In this document: in pieces, positions 12,266 to 22,082 of the stretch
Layout of the letters: each line of letters opens with the position of its first letter
Numbering within the stretch: position 1 is the first letter of the stretch
NCBI GenBank assembly: GCA_964019335.1
Contig: OZ025651.1
Coordinates: 558,001 to 622,000 of the forward strand
Reading direction: 5' to 3'
Length of the DNA stretch: 64,000 nt
From: Diplonema japonicum
Taxonomy: Eukaryota > Protista > Euglenozoa: Diplonemea
Program-made: the position numbers and the translations under genes
The notes under the pieces: model-generated
Seen by the model: the letters and a program-made list of their open reading frames with translations, nothing else
Told to the model about the DNA's origin: nothing
Database searches by the model: none

Positions 12266-12304
12266 TATGTTGTATCTCGTCGCCCCGCCCCCCTCCTCCC
12301 TCTT

Positions 12305-12343
<39 letters not shown>

Positions 12344-13031
12344 GAAAAGAAAAAAAATTTTATATAATGTAAAGAGGCTTTCAACGTCCTTTTTTTTTTT
12401 TTGCAATATTGCAAAATAGGAGGAAAGAGGGGGGGGGAGATTCCCGTGGGAAAAGAAAAAAACCCCGTTAACTAATGAGGGAGAAAAGAAAGTGAGAAAA
12501 AAAAAGGGTGGGGGAATAAAAAAGGAGCGGATTCAGGATACTTTATTTATTTATTTTTCTTTCTTTTTTTTTTCTCTTTTTCTTTCCCCCCTTCCTCTTT
12601 CTTTCCAGGCAAATCACACTCCCGGGCTCTATTATTTTCAGCAAATAAAGCTTCCAGGGAAAAAAAAAACCCAGGGGTGGGGGGTCGTAAAAAAAAAAAA
12701 AAGGAAATAGCGAAGAGGGAGCTGACTTGTTGTCGCCCCAGTGAACTGTAAATAAGAAAAAAAAATTCTCAGAAGACAAAGGGGTTTCGGTAGTATTACT
12801 AGACCCGTGTTACTCGCCCTTGCCTTCTTCTGTTTCTGTTTACCCCATTGCGTGCTAATAATAGCATCCATGAGAGGGCAGAAGAAAATGCGCAGTTCTC
12901 ATCTTGGACTCGCGTAATAGGTGTCGTCACACCTGAGAGCTAATCCTTAAAAAAAAAAAAGAGAGAGAAAATTGGTGCTTTTTTTTTTTTTTTTTTTTTT
13001 CTTGTTCAAGTATAATACAAAAAAAAAAAAG

Positions 13032-13065
<34 letters not shown>

Positions 13066-13084
13066 ACTACACCGTCTACATTAT

Positions 13085-14467
13085 CTATGTCTCTATTGTT
13101 TTCGCATCGCGCAAGGTATGTTGTGTGAGCTTCCCCATCCCTGTGGCCGTCGGGGTGTACTCCCAGATAGTGCCTTGTGGGATAACCATATCGGGTGTCC
13201 CCTTAACGTCTATATCAGAGAAGTAAGCAAAGAGCGTCCTCAACACAGCCTGGTGCGACACCACAAGCACGGGACACTCCGCTGCTTCAAGATCCATGAT
13301 GACGGGTTCTATCCGCAACACGAGGTCTTGGTAAGATTCCCCAGAGGGGTAGCGGTAGGCAAATTTGTCTTCAGATCTCCATTTGTTGATGTCGGGGTGC
13401 GACTCGCGAAGCTCGTCATAAGTAAGGTTTTCGCATATTCCCGCGTAGATCTCGTTCAACGCACTGTACTTGCGGTGCTTGTACACGTTGCCGGAGTTCT
13501 GTAAGAGCCCTGCTGCTGTTTCAATAGTACGTTTCAAGTAGCTGGTCCACACCTCGAGTTTGTTGTCCAGCCCTAACGTTCTTACGTAATCACAGATCAG
13601 TTTCGCATCGCCCCTTCCTTTCTCAGACAACTCTGGATCGCCCCCTATCCGGTTTTGAAGGTTAAACATCGATTCCCCATGCCGCGCAAAATAAATGGGA
13701 AAACGCATTCTGTTCAAAGCGGATAAGTTAGGCAGCCAGCTTAGAATTTTACAAGGCACGTATCCGTGAATACCCTTGAAGGAAGTTCCTCGTGGAGCGA
13801 TAGAGATGTAAGATGTTGTGGTTGGGCCGTCAATAGACGTGTAGTTCTCACGAAGGTGGTTTATCCGTTGCTGGAAGTCGGTAAATGCTTGTCGGCTGTC
13901 GAGGTGGGAGTATTCATTGTGGCTGTGGCTGTGCATGAGGGAGTGTTTCAAGGTGAACAGTTCTTCTACGTAAGAGTCGAGCATGATTAGCTCGACGAAG
14001 GTTATTTTGCAGTTTGTGGTTTCCGCGTGTTGTTCGATCTCCAGTCGGATGTTTCTGTCGGTGGCTTGGCTGTCGATGATGGCCACCCCTGAGCCGCCAT
14101 GGAGAAATTCGTTGGCGTCCTTTAACGCCATGCGTAGGGCCTCCTTTCGTTCCCGTCTCGCTGTTTGGTTTTCTTCCTTGTAATAATTGTGTAGAAATTT
14201 TTTTTCACCGACAGATTCATCAGCGTAGTTAAGGCGTAGGTAGTCAGATACTAGAAAGCATTTTGATTTCACGCCTATCCAGCTTAAGTACCGGCATAGC
14301 TTATTCGCGACGAACGTCTTCCCACGCCCTGGCAGTCCCACCGTGACCAAGTACATCCCTTCATCTAAGCGTTCCTCTTCGCCGCCGTATGTGGGGCATG
14401 AGTACGACAATGGAACAGCATAGCTTGACTGCCTTGTCTTCTCAATTTTTGTTGATGGGGATGTCAT
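13085..14467 (-). CDS. 6-phosphofructo-2-kinase/fructose-2,6-bisphosphatase
   Basis: P-loop VGLPGRGKT; histidine-phosphatase RHGE; YRYPSGESYQD; VSHQAVLR. Confidence 0.95.
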   Translation of the reverse strand: MTSPSTKIEKTRQSSYAVPLSYSCPTYGGEEERLDEGMYLVTVGLPGRGKTFVANKLCRYLSWIGVKSKCFLVSDYLRLNYADESVGEKKFLHNYYKEENQTARRERKEALRMALKDANEFLHGGSGVAIIDSQATDRNIRLEIEQHAETTNCKITFVELIMLDSYVEELFTLKHSLMHSHSHNEYSHLDSRQAFTDFQQRINHLRENYTSIDGPTTTSYISIAPRGTSFKGIHGYVPCKILSWLPNLSALNRMRFPIYFARHGESMFNLQNRIGGDPELSEKGRGDAKLICDYVRTLGLDNKLEVWTSYLKRTIETAAGLLQNSGNVYKHRKYSALNEIYAGICENLTYDELRESHPDINKWRSEDKFAYRYPSGESYQDLVLRIEPVIMDLEAAECPVLVVSHQAVLRTLFAYFSDIDVKGTPDMVIPQGTIWEYTPTATGMGKLTQHTLRDAKTIET

Positions 14468-14914
14468 CCCCTCCTTCCTATAAATTTCTTTTTTTTTGTC
14501 TTTGAACAAATAAAAAGGGGGGTGTGGGAAGGGGGGAAAGTGATGAAAATGTTTTTTTTTTGGTACTTTTGTTATTATTAAAGGAATCAGGGGGGGGGGG
14601 GGGGGGACGGGAAAGAAAAGAGAAGGGGGGGTAGAAACCCCTGGAGAAGTTTATAACCCCTCGTTCTTGCAGAAAGACGTTTTTTTTGTCGAAGGTGGGT
14701 GGTGTGACACAAGGTGGCAGAAATAGTTTTTTTTTGTTCGAGGATAACAAACTGGGGGAGAAAAATAGGGATTTACACACTAAAAAAAAAGGGGGGGGAT
14801 GAAGAAAAAAAGAAGAAGAAGAAAGGGAGGGGGAAGGGGCTTTGCGTACAAGGGGGTTATTTCTTTTTAAGAAAAAGAAGAAAAAAACACCCCATGCTTA
14901 CTTTTCCCTAAACG

Positions 14915-14945
<31 letters not shown>

Positions 14946-15069
14946 TATTATTATTATTATTCTCTTTTTTTCTCTTTCTTTCTCTTTCTTTTTTTTTTAT
15001 TCCCTTTCATTTCTTGTCTTCATTTTTCTTTTTTTCTCGCCATAAAAAAAAAAAAAAAAAAAAAACCTC

Positions 15070-16434
15070 TCACTTAACCAACTTCTTCAAAGTAGTGACA
15101 AGAGTGTAAACATCATCGAAAGAGTTGTACAAGGGAACAGGGGGAAGACGGAGGATGTCGGGAGGCCTGTTGTCGCACGTAATGCCAACCTCCTCCATCT
15201 GGGCCTGGAGGACCGACGCTTTATTGTTCGTGTTCGTCCCGCACTCGTACTCCTTGAGAGAAGTCTTCAAGGAGGCAAGCTCTCCGGTTATACGCACGGA
15301 CAGCTGGCAACCCCTTCGGTGAATATCAGACGGCGTCAGCACCTCAACAGAGTCCGGGAGCAGTTCTTTAAGAAGCAGCTCAAGGTACCCAGTGAGCAGC
15401 ACAGATTTTTCACGCAACGCCGGCATCCCAATCTTCTGGAAAAGGTCCAAACAGGGTTTAATCGAAGCCATGTTCACAACACCAGGGTTCGACAGCTGGA
15501 ACGAAGCGACACCTTCAGACCCCTCAAACTCATGTTTCAGTTTGAATCGGGATTCCCTTTTATGCCCCCACCATCCTTCAAGACGGGTTAACTTGTTCAC
15601 ATCAACATCTTCATGAATAAACGCTCCGCCGATGTTGCCAGGCCCGGCGTTGATGTACTTGTATGTGCACCAACACGCGAAATCAACACCCCAGTCATGG
15701 AGCTTCAAGGGGATGTTCCCCACGGCATGGGCAAGATCAAAACCTACAATGCAGTTTTTCTTCTTAGCCGCTTTGGTGATCGCTTCCAGATCGAAGAATT
15801 GCCCTGTAAGGAAGTGGACCCCTGCGAGCATTACTACTGCGATTTCATCGCCTCTTTCTTCAATCATTTTGAGGACGTCTTCGCCGGGGAAGCATCTGAC
15901 TTCATCTTCACTGCCCACTTCAAGGAGGTCTGCGTCAGGGTCGCAGCCTTTCAAGCGGAGCTGTGATCTTATCGCGTACATGTCGGAGGGGAATGGGTTG
16001 CGCTCAATGAGGATTTTTTTCTTGTCGCCTTTTGGTTGGTAGAATGCAGTCAGAAGGAGGTGAAGATTGACTGTTAACGTGTTCATCACCACCACTTCGC
16101 TTGTCTTTGCACCTACGACCTCCGACATGGCGCCGCGGACTACATCGTCGATCTCAAACCAAGGGCATGGTTGTTTGAAATGTCCCTCTACAGCCTGTTC
16201 ACCCCACTTGTCTAAATGTTCCTTCACGCTGTCGATGACCCCCTTGTGCTGCAGGCCCAGGGAGTTCCCGCATAGGTACACAATGTCCTTCCCGTTCTTC
16301 TGCGGGATTCTGAACTCCTTGCGGTACTCCCTCAGAGCGTCCTCCGCATCCAGCTTCTCTGCGAGGGCCTTGTCGGTCACGCTGCAGGATATCTCTCCCG
16401 CTTTCTTCTTCAGAGTTTCATGCGGGTGCGCCAT
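15070..16434 (-). CDS. KYNU: Kynureninase
   Basis: YLCGNSLGLQ, MNTLTVNLH, FPSD, DLAHAVGN, WCTYKYINAGPG (PLP lysine), GWWGH, RGCQLS. Confidence 0.97.
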   Translation of the reverse strand: MAHPHETLKKKAGEISCSVTDKALAEKLDAEDALREYRKEFRIPQKNGKDIVYLCGNSLGLQHKGVIDSVKEHLDKWGEQAVEGHFKQPCPWFEIDDVVRGAMSEVVGAKTSEVVVMNTLTVNLHLLLTAFYQPKGDKKKILIERNPFPSDMYAIRSQLRLKGCDPDADLLEVGSEDEVRCFPGEDVLKMIEERGDEIAVVMLAGVHFLTGQFFDLEAITKAAKKKNCIVGFDLAHAVGNIPLKLHDWGVDFACWCTYKYINAGPGNIGGAFIHEDVDVNKLTRLEGWWGHKRESRFKLKHEFEGSEGVASFQLSNPGVVNMASIKPCLDLFQKIGMPALREKSVLLTGYLELLLKELLPDSVEVLTPSDIHRRGCQLSVRITGELASLKTSLKEYECGTNTNNKASVLQAQMEEVGITCDNRPPDILRLPPVPLYNSFDDVYTLVTTLKKLVK

Positions 16435-16447
16435 ATGAGAAATGGGT

Positions 16448-16482
<35 letters not shown>

Positions 16483-16493
16483 GGAGGGAAAAT

Positions 16494-16512
16494 TTCACGT
16501 ATTACTCAAAAA

Positions 16513-16544
<32 letters not shown>

Positions 16545-16857
16545 AGAAAATGTTTGGAAAAGGCCATCTTGTGTGCAACAGACAGTTTCGTGTAAATGTG
16601 GCCTTCTGGCTTCAATGTCCAGTATTGCTGCCTTCACAATGGGGGTGGTAAGAATGGTCTTTCCGCTTGCTCGGCGTGCATGGCTTGCATTCTGCCCAGG
16701 TGGTTGCGCTTGTGTGAGGAAAGCTCAACGGAAGGCAATCTCACTTGAAGGCAGCCTCCAAGGTTTTTTGATGGGATATTTGGTAAATGAGCCCCCAGAC
16801 AAAAAACCGGTTTTGGGTATTAAGTGAATTTCGATACTTTTCTTAAGTATAAGTGAA
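16494..16857. mobile_element. Same MITE-like family as 6774-7042, copy 2, with the left TIR largely replaced by a homopolymer
   Basis: Shared internal segment and right TIR; left end TTCACGTATTACTCAA followed by an A-run. Confidence 0.6.
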
Positions 16858-17127
16858 AATTGCCTTTTCCTTATATTTTTCTTTTTAAACATCAGTTCGT
16901 GCGAGAGAACAGAAGGAATAACAAAAAAGAAAACAAACAAACAAAAAAGTATTACAACAGAAAAAAAAAAAGAAGAAAAAAAAACCAACCACAAAAAAAA
17001 AGAAAGATAAATTGAAGCAACAACAAATCAAGGGGGGAATGAGCGAATAATAATAAAAAAAAAAAAAAAAACAGGGGGGCACTATATTTCTTTTGCTTTT
17101 TTGTTTTTTTTTTTTTGTTTTTTTTTT

Positions 17128-18411
17128 TTAATAACAGACATTTCGAACCACGCCCACTGCTATGACCAGATTGTTGTCCAGGACAATTATTCTCCCGAGG
17201 GCAGGGTTCTCGTGGAAGGGCTCCACCGCCAAGGGAAAGAAGGGTTTGAATCTCACGACGGCAGTGTCGGCAGCCCGGAGAACATTAGGCCTGGCTTGAA
17301 GCGGCTTGGCAGTGACACGGTCATAGACAGTGCCTATAGAAACAAGACAGCAAGGCATAAAAGAAGTGTGGATGTTGAGAATGGGCGTGTACCCAGGGAC
17401 AAGCCCTCTATGCCCTGGTAGCCGGAGGATTAAAAGCTGTGCTTCAAACTGACTACAGCACATCAACGGGGAATCGTTGGCAACCCCAACAACATCACCC
17501 ACCTTCATAGATGGGTTCCTTGGTATAGCCATGCCGACTATCGCACCCGCAGAAGCTTTCTGTATAGGGGAATGCCTGGTTTCAAGCGATTCAACTGTAA
17601 ACCGTTGCTTTGGGTTCTTCGCGTTTACTATTTTGTCCCCAACCGTTACACAACCAGATTCAAGTCTGCCTGTGATGATGGTTTTGTCGTGAGATTCAAA
17701 AATTTCCAGAATGGGTATTCTGACAGAACGTAGATCGAGTCTATGAGGGATTACGTTGTCCTTGAGAATGTCAAGCAAGCAAGACCCTTGGTCCCAAGGC
17801 ATTCTTGCTGAAGAAGATGTTATGTTATCCCCCGTCCACCCCGAAAGCGGAACGCAGCGTATCGACGAGAGTGCGTACCCCACCTTCACCGCGAACTCCG
17901 TTGTTATTTTGCTGATTGATTGAAACCTGTCCTTCGAAAACGCGACATTTCGAATATCCATTTTCGTGACTGCGATTATTAAGGTTTTTATGCCCATGGA
18001 ATATGCCATCACCAGGGTGTCTCTGAGCTGTCCTGAAGGGGAGATTTCATCTTCAAATTCGCCTAAGGTTGCAGGGACTACTATTATGGCAGTGTCGCAG
18101 CCTTGTGCTGACCGCAGTGTGTTCTTCCTGAGCCTGACATCGCCAGGGGTGTCGTTCAGAATTATTTCAAAGTCCCCTGCTACTATTCTCCATTGGGCTG
18201 TTTTCACTGTTCCTCTCCTGTTTTCTCTTTCCGTTTGTAGCCGGTCGGTGACCCAGGCCCATTTTGCGTCGCCGCTCTCTGTTTCGTGTCCCTTGATTGA
18301 CGCTTGATTTACTACGTTGCACTTAACCAACAGCCTCCCTACCAGAGTGGATTTCCCACTACGTTTTCCCCCCAAGACCGCAACGTTCAGGCGGGCTCGA
18401 CTTTCTTGCAT
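17128..18411 (-). CDS. Highly divergent EF-1alpha-like translational GTPase
   Basis: Colinear with EF-1alpha: GEFEDEISPSGQ, TKMD, KVGY...VPLSGWTGDN...MPW, GYTPILNIHTS, PLAVEPF...LGR...AVGVV. G1 reads GGKRSGKST and G3 reads DTPGD. Confidence 0.85.
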   Translation of the reverse strand: MQESRARLNVAVLGGKRSGKSTLVGRLLVKCNVVNQASIKGHETESGDAKWAWVTDRLQTERENRRGTVKTAQWRIVAGDFEIILNDTPGDVRLRKNTLRSAQGCDTAIIVVPATLGEFEDEISPSGQLRDTLVMAYSMGIKTLIIAVTKMDIRNVAFSKDRFQSISKITTEFAVKVGYALSSIRCVPLSGWTGDNITSSSARMPWDQGSCLLDILKDNVIPHRLDLRSVRIPILEIFESHDKTIITGRLESGCVTVGDKIVNAKNPKQRFTVESLETRHSPIQKASAGAIVGMAIPRNPSMKVGDVVGVANDSPLMCCSQFEAQLLILRLPGHRGLVPGYTPILNIHTSFMPCCLVSIGTVYDRVTAKPLQARPNVLRAADTAVVRFKPFFPLAVEPFHENPALGRIIVLDNNLVIAVGVVRNVCY

Positions 18412-18843
18412 TTTTTTAATTTTATTTTTGGTCCTTTTTTTTATTTTTTTTGTCTCTTGAGACAGAAAAGAAAAGAGAAATAAAAAGAAGAAAGAAAAAA
18501 AGAAACTCGAAATGAAGGAACAGGTTAGATAGGTTGGGGGGAGGAGGGGGTGGGGGGGGGGGGGGGGGGGGGCGTTCAACAAACCTTCGTACCTATTTAT
18601 TTCTCCTCTTTTTTTTTTCTTCAGCAAAAAGAAAAGAATAAAATAGAAGAAGAATGACTTTGGTTGCTTCATAAACCGCCTGGCGTACGAGCAACTTCTT
18701 TACCGCGCTAGCGGATGTTGCTACCCTTCTGTCATAAACCGCCTTAAAATATAAAAAAGAGGTTTACTTCGCAGAGCACCCCCACCGTCCCCATGGGTGA
18801 ATCAGATCCCCATTTTATTTTTTTTTATATATTTTATTTAACT

Positions 18844-18910
18844 CTGTAAAGTTACATGAGGGAAATTCAGTTTTCTTGGTGTCCGAATTTTCCTCATTTT
18901 AACTTTACAA
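18844..18910. repeat. Short foldback element (mini-MITE) with CTGTAAA-type end
   Basis: TGTAAAGTTACATGAGGGAAATTC ... GAATTTTCCTCATTTTAACTTTACA imperfect inverted repeat. Confidence 0.6.
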
Positions 18911-18980
18911 ACTTTAAAATAAAAAATTAAACTAAAAAGTCATTTTTTTTTTTTTATTCTTATGGTGAAACACTTTTTTT

Positions 18981-20555
18981 TTATCCGCTCCTCCTTTCCA
19001 TCATGACTGGCCGTGCCATGCAAGCGATGGCTACCATTGACAATAGGATCAAAAAGTAGAAAACAGAGTTCCAGCCGTAGTTGGTGGCGAGGTAGGCGGT
19101 GACGGGACCCTGAAGAATTGCGCCAATGGAACCAATCCCACCCACAAAACCCGAGATCGATCCAGCATGCTGGGGAACGTTCAGCCGCTCAGCAAGATCC
19201 TGCAGAGTCGCACCCGTCATGAGCGTATCGCAGCCGAAGAAGAAAAACCCGACAAGGCCCGAGATAATACACGTGGCACTCATAGAAGACTTCATAACAC
19301 CACCCATGATAGAGAAGAGCAACAAAGACCTGTAAAAAAAAATATTATAAATTAAAAATACCCACTCCATTGCATACCCAGCACCGAGTTGAAGGTAAAT
19401 AACACACGCGCCAATTCTGCGTTTCCCGCCTTGATGCCAATCGGAGAAAACACCGCTTGCCATGCTACCTATAATCCCTCCGAAATCGAACGACGACGCT
19501 ACGTAACCAGCCATCACTGTTGAGTAGCCCAGTTCGATTGTTAAATAATAAGGCAGCCACGATAGCAAGGAGTATCTAATAAGCTTCTGACAGAAGTATG
19601 ACAGTGCAATATCGATGGTGCATGGGAGTGCGGCTAACTGGAACGTTGTCATAGTTTGCGATGCTGGGGAACCGGGCACGGTTTGTTGCTGTTGCTGCTG
19701 TTGCAACAACTTCTCCCCGTCAACAGAAGTCTCTGAACAGTTCGACAAATCGCCTGTTCTGAATCCTTGAATCCACTGTTGCGGGGAAACAAACCCGGAT
19801 CTGTTCGGATGCTCTGAGAGCAGTAAATACACCCCAACAGCAGATGCTCCAACACACGCAGTCACCCCGTAATATGACCATCTCCATCCCCACATCAATA
19901 ACGACGCTGCTATCCAATTCCCTAACAACGAACCAACAGCTTGACATGAACCCCATACCCCCATAACACGGCCACGCTCGTGCGGGGCTAACCAGGGTGT
20001 TACTACCGATACGCATGATGGCCAACCAAAAGATTCAAATATCCCGTTCAAACCCCACAGGAAGACCATGAAAAGGGGAACCGATGTTGTTGAGAACATT
20101 AAAGTGCATGTTGCCGAACCGAGCAAACCGAGTGCTATGATGGTCTTCGAGGAGTACTTGTTCTTCAATGAAGCGTAGAATATCTGCCCGAAACTGTAGG
20201 TTGTTAAGAATGCTGTGTCTACCATTGAAGACATCATGGGGGAGAGGTTGATTTCCTTCTGTACGTTGAACCTTACGACGCCGAAGGGTTTCCTGCCTAT
20301 GATGTATGCTGCATAGGCAACCCATGTCACGATTAGAACGTGTTTCATGCGAATTGTGTGGTAGCTGCCTTGGGACACGCTGAACCCTTCCAAGTTCATC
20401 GCTTTGTCATGGCCTTGTTCCGCTGCCGCATCCCCTATGTCCAAGCTGACCAACGAGCTGTTCTTCAGCTCGTCTTCTTCCGGTATGAGCAGCGGTGTCG
20501 TCACCTGTTTCTTCTCAGTTGATTTTTGCCTGTTGTGAACTGAAGTCTCGTTCAT
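18981..20555 (-). CDS. MFS sugar-phosphate/glycerol-3-phosphate transporter (OPA/SLC37-like), 508 aa after removing intron 19330-19377
   Basis: 12-TM profile; YIIGRKPF; NGIFESFGWP; ERGRVMGVW; KLIRYSLLSWLPYYL; FDFGGIIGS. Confidence 0.92.
   Translation of the reverse strand: MNETSVHNRQKSTEKKQVTTPLLIPEEDELKNSSLVSLDIGDAAAEQGHDKAMNLEGFSVSQGSYHTIRMKHVLIVTWVAYAAYIIGRKPFGVVRFNVQKEINLSPMMSSMVDTAFLTTYSFGQIFYASLKNKYSSKTIIALGLLGSATCTLMFSTTSVPLFMVFLWGLNGIFESFGWPSCVSVVTPWLAPHERGRVMGVWGSCQAVGSLLGNWIAASLLMWGWRWSYYGVTACVGASAVGVYLLLSEHPNRSGFVSPQQWIQGFRTGDLSNCSETSVDGEKLLQQQQQQQTVPGSPASQTMTTFQLAALPCTIDIALSYFCQKLIRYSLLSWLPYYLTIELGYSTVMAGYVASSFDFGGIIGSMASGVFSDWHQGGKRRIGACVIYLQLGAGYAMEWVFLIYNIFFYRSLLLFSIMGGVMKSSMSATCIISGLVGFFFFGCDTLMTGATLQDLAERLNVPQHAGSISGFVGGIGSIGAILQGPVTAYLATNYGWNSVFYFLILLSMVAIACMARPVMMERRSG
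19330..19377 (-). other. 48-nt in-frame GT-AG intron
   Basis: GTATGC...TTTTTTACAG; AT-rich insert (YAMEWVFLIYNIFFYR) interrupting a TM helix. Confidence 0.8.
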
Positions 20556-20838
20556 TTTTTTGGATATTGGACGGGGGGGGGGGGGGTGGTTTTACGAAAA
20601 AAAGGAAATCGTAGAATGCCCTGTGAGGTTTTGGGGGGGTTTTTTTTTTGAATAGAAAGATCAATAGGGAAAAAGACAACAACAAAAAAAAAGAAAAAAA
20701 AAACGGAAACATAAAAAAAAAAAAAAAAGGAACAACAGGTAGAAAGGAAAAAAAAAAAAAAAAAGGGAGGAACAAAAAAAAAAAAAAAGACAAACAAAGA
20801 AAAAGATACAAGTGGTTAATTTTTTTTTAATTATTCTT

Positions 20839-21276
20839 CTACTGTTGGATGTAGAAAGTAGGAGGGGCGTGCAGGGCAACAGGCGCGTGGTGGGGGTGGG
20901 CTTGGACCGGGTTGGTGCCTATGGGGAGGGAACCGTTCGCGATGCACCTATTGTTGATCATTATGGAGCCGAGGCGGGCCATCTCGGAGGCGTCACGGGC
21001 GGCAGCCTGATCGTATCGAATTTGGTTGCACTCCCTTGCATGGGCTGCGGTGTTGTAAGCAGTTGCCTCGTACTCAGCCCTGCTCAGGCTGGCATTGTGT
21101 GCCCTATGCGCCGCATCAAGCGCCTCCTGCTTTGTGGCGTCCAGTGCAGTCTCTCGAGGGTACACCACAGGAAATCCACCATGAGGCACAATGTGAGGCA
21201 CTCCCGTCGCCTCCGGTGCAACCTGCACACCAAGGGGGTACACAGCCTCTGGGAACACAGCGTTGTACACCGACAT
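20839..21276 (-). CDS. Hypothetical Ala/Pro/His-rich protein (145 aa)
   Basis: GC-rich coding island between homopolymer spacers; ATG preceded by an A-tract. Confidence 0.75.
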   Translation of the reverse strand: MSVYNAVFPEAVYPLGVQVAPEATGVPHIVPHGGFPVVYPRETALDATKQEALDAAHRAHNASLSRAEYEATAYNTAAHARECNQIRYDQAAARDASEMARLGSIMINNRCIANGSLPIGTNPVQAHPHHAPVALHAPPTFYIQQ

Positions 21277-21858
21277 TTTTTTGTGGAATTTCCTTTTTTT
21301 TTTCCCCCTAAAAAAACTTTTTTTCGGCAAAAAAAAGGGGGGGGGGAAATCAATTCTTTTTTTATTATAAATAATGGTTGTGGGGAAATAAGTTTCATAT
21401 ATTTTTTTTTTTTTTTTTTCGTTTTTCTCAATACCCCCCCGCCCCCGAAACACAGGATAATTGAGCTCGTAGGCTACTCGTGGAGGGTACAAAAGATGGG
21501 GGAAGGGGGTAAAAGAAAGTTGGAAAAAAAAAAGGGTTCTTTTATTTTCTTCCTTTTTTCTTAAAAAACTTTTCCACATTTATACTTCCCCTCCCCCTAT
21601 TTTTTTTTTTTCGCTGTTGTTTTCGTGGAGATCAGCCGGGATGGGGAGACACGATGGGGAAAGAGGAAAAAAAAAAAAAAAAAAAGAGAGCACAAACCAA
21701 CTGCACGAAACTTAACTAAGAGAAGATATTCCCTCTTTCCTCCCACCACTTTTTTTTTTCCCCCCTGAACTGGGAAAAAAGAGAGAACTACCCACCAAGG
21801 GGGGAGACACGATGGGGAAATAAAAAAATCTTGAATTGGAGGGAGAATAAAAAAAAAA

Positions 21859-21896
21859 GAGACATTTAAGGGTACCTGCGGTATGTGGCAGGACGC

Positions 21897-21898
<2 letters not shown>
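21859..21898 (-). repeat. 40-nt hairpin cassette, copy 1 (identical to 36815-36854)
   Basis: Coding-strand sequence AGGCGTCCTGCCACATACCGCAGGTACCCTTAAATGTCTC. Confidence 0.9.
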
Positions 21899-21941
<43 letters not shown>

Positions 21942-22020
21942 ACGAGTTAACATAGAGACAGGATAAATATTAAAAAAAAAAAAAAACACACGAATTTAAT
22001 TCAAAAAAAAGAAAAAAACT

Positions 22021-22049
22021 TCAATACAGATCGAGAACGGATGTTTTCT

Positions 22050-22082
<33 letters not shown>

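Noticed and set aside
21643-21820. 20-bp direct repeat GGGGAGACACGATGGGGAAA as a retroposon target duplication
   Set aside because: The enclosed sequence lacks a correctly placed poly-A tail or any element feature; likely a local duplication
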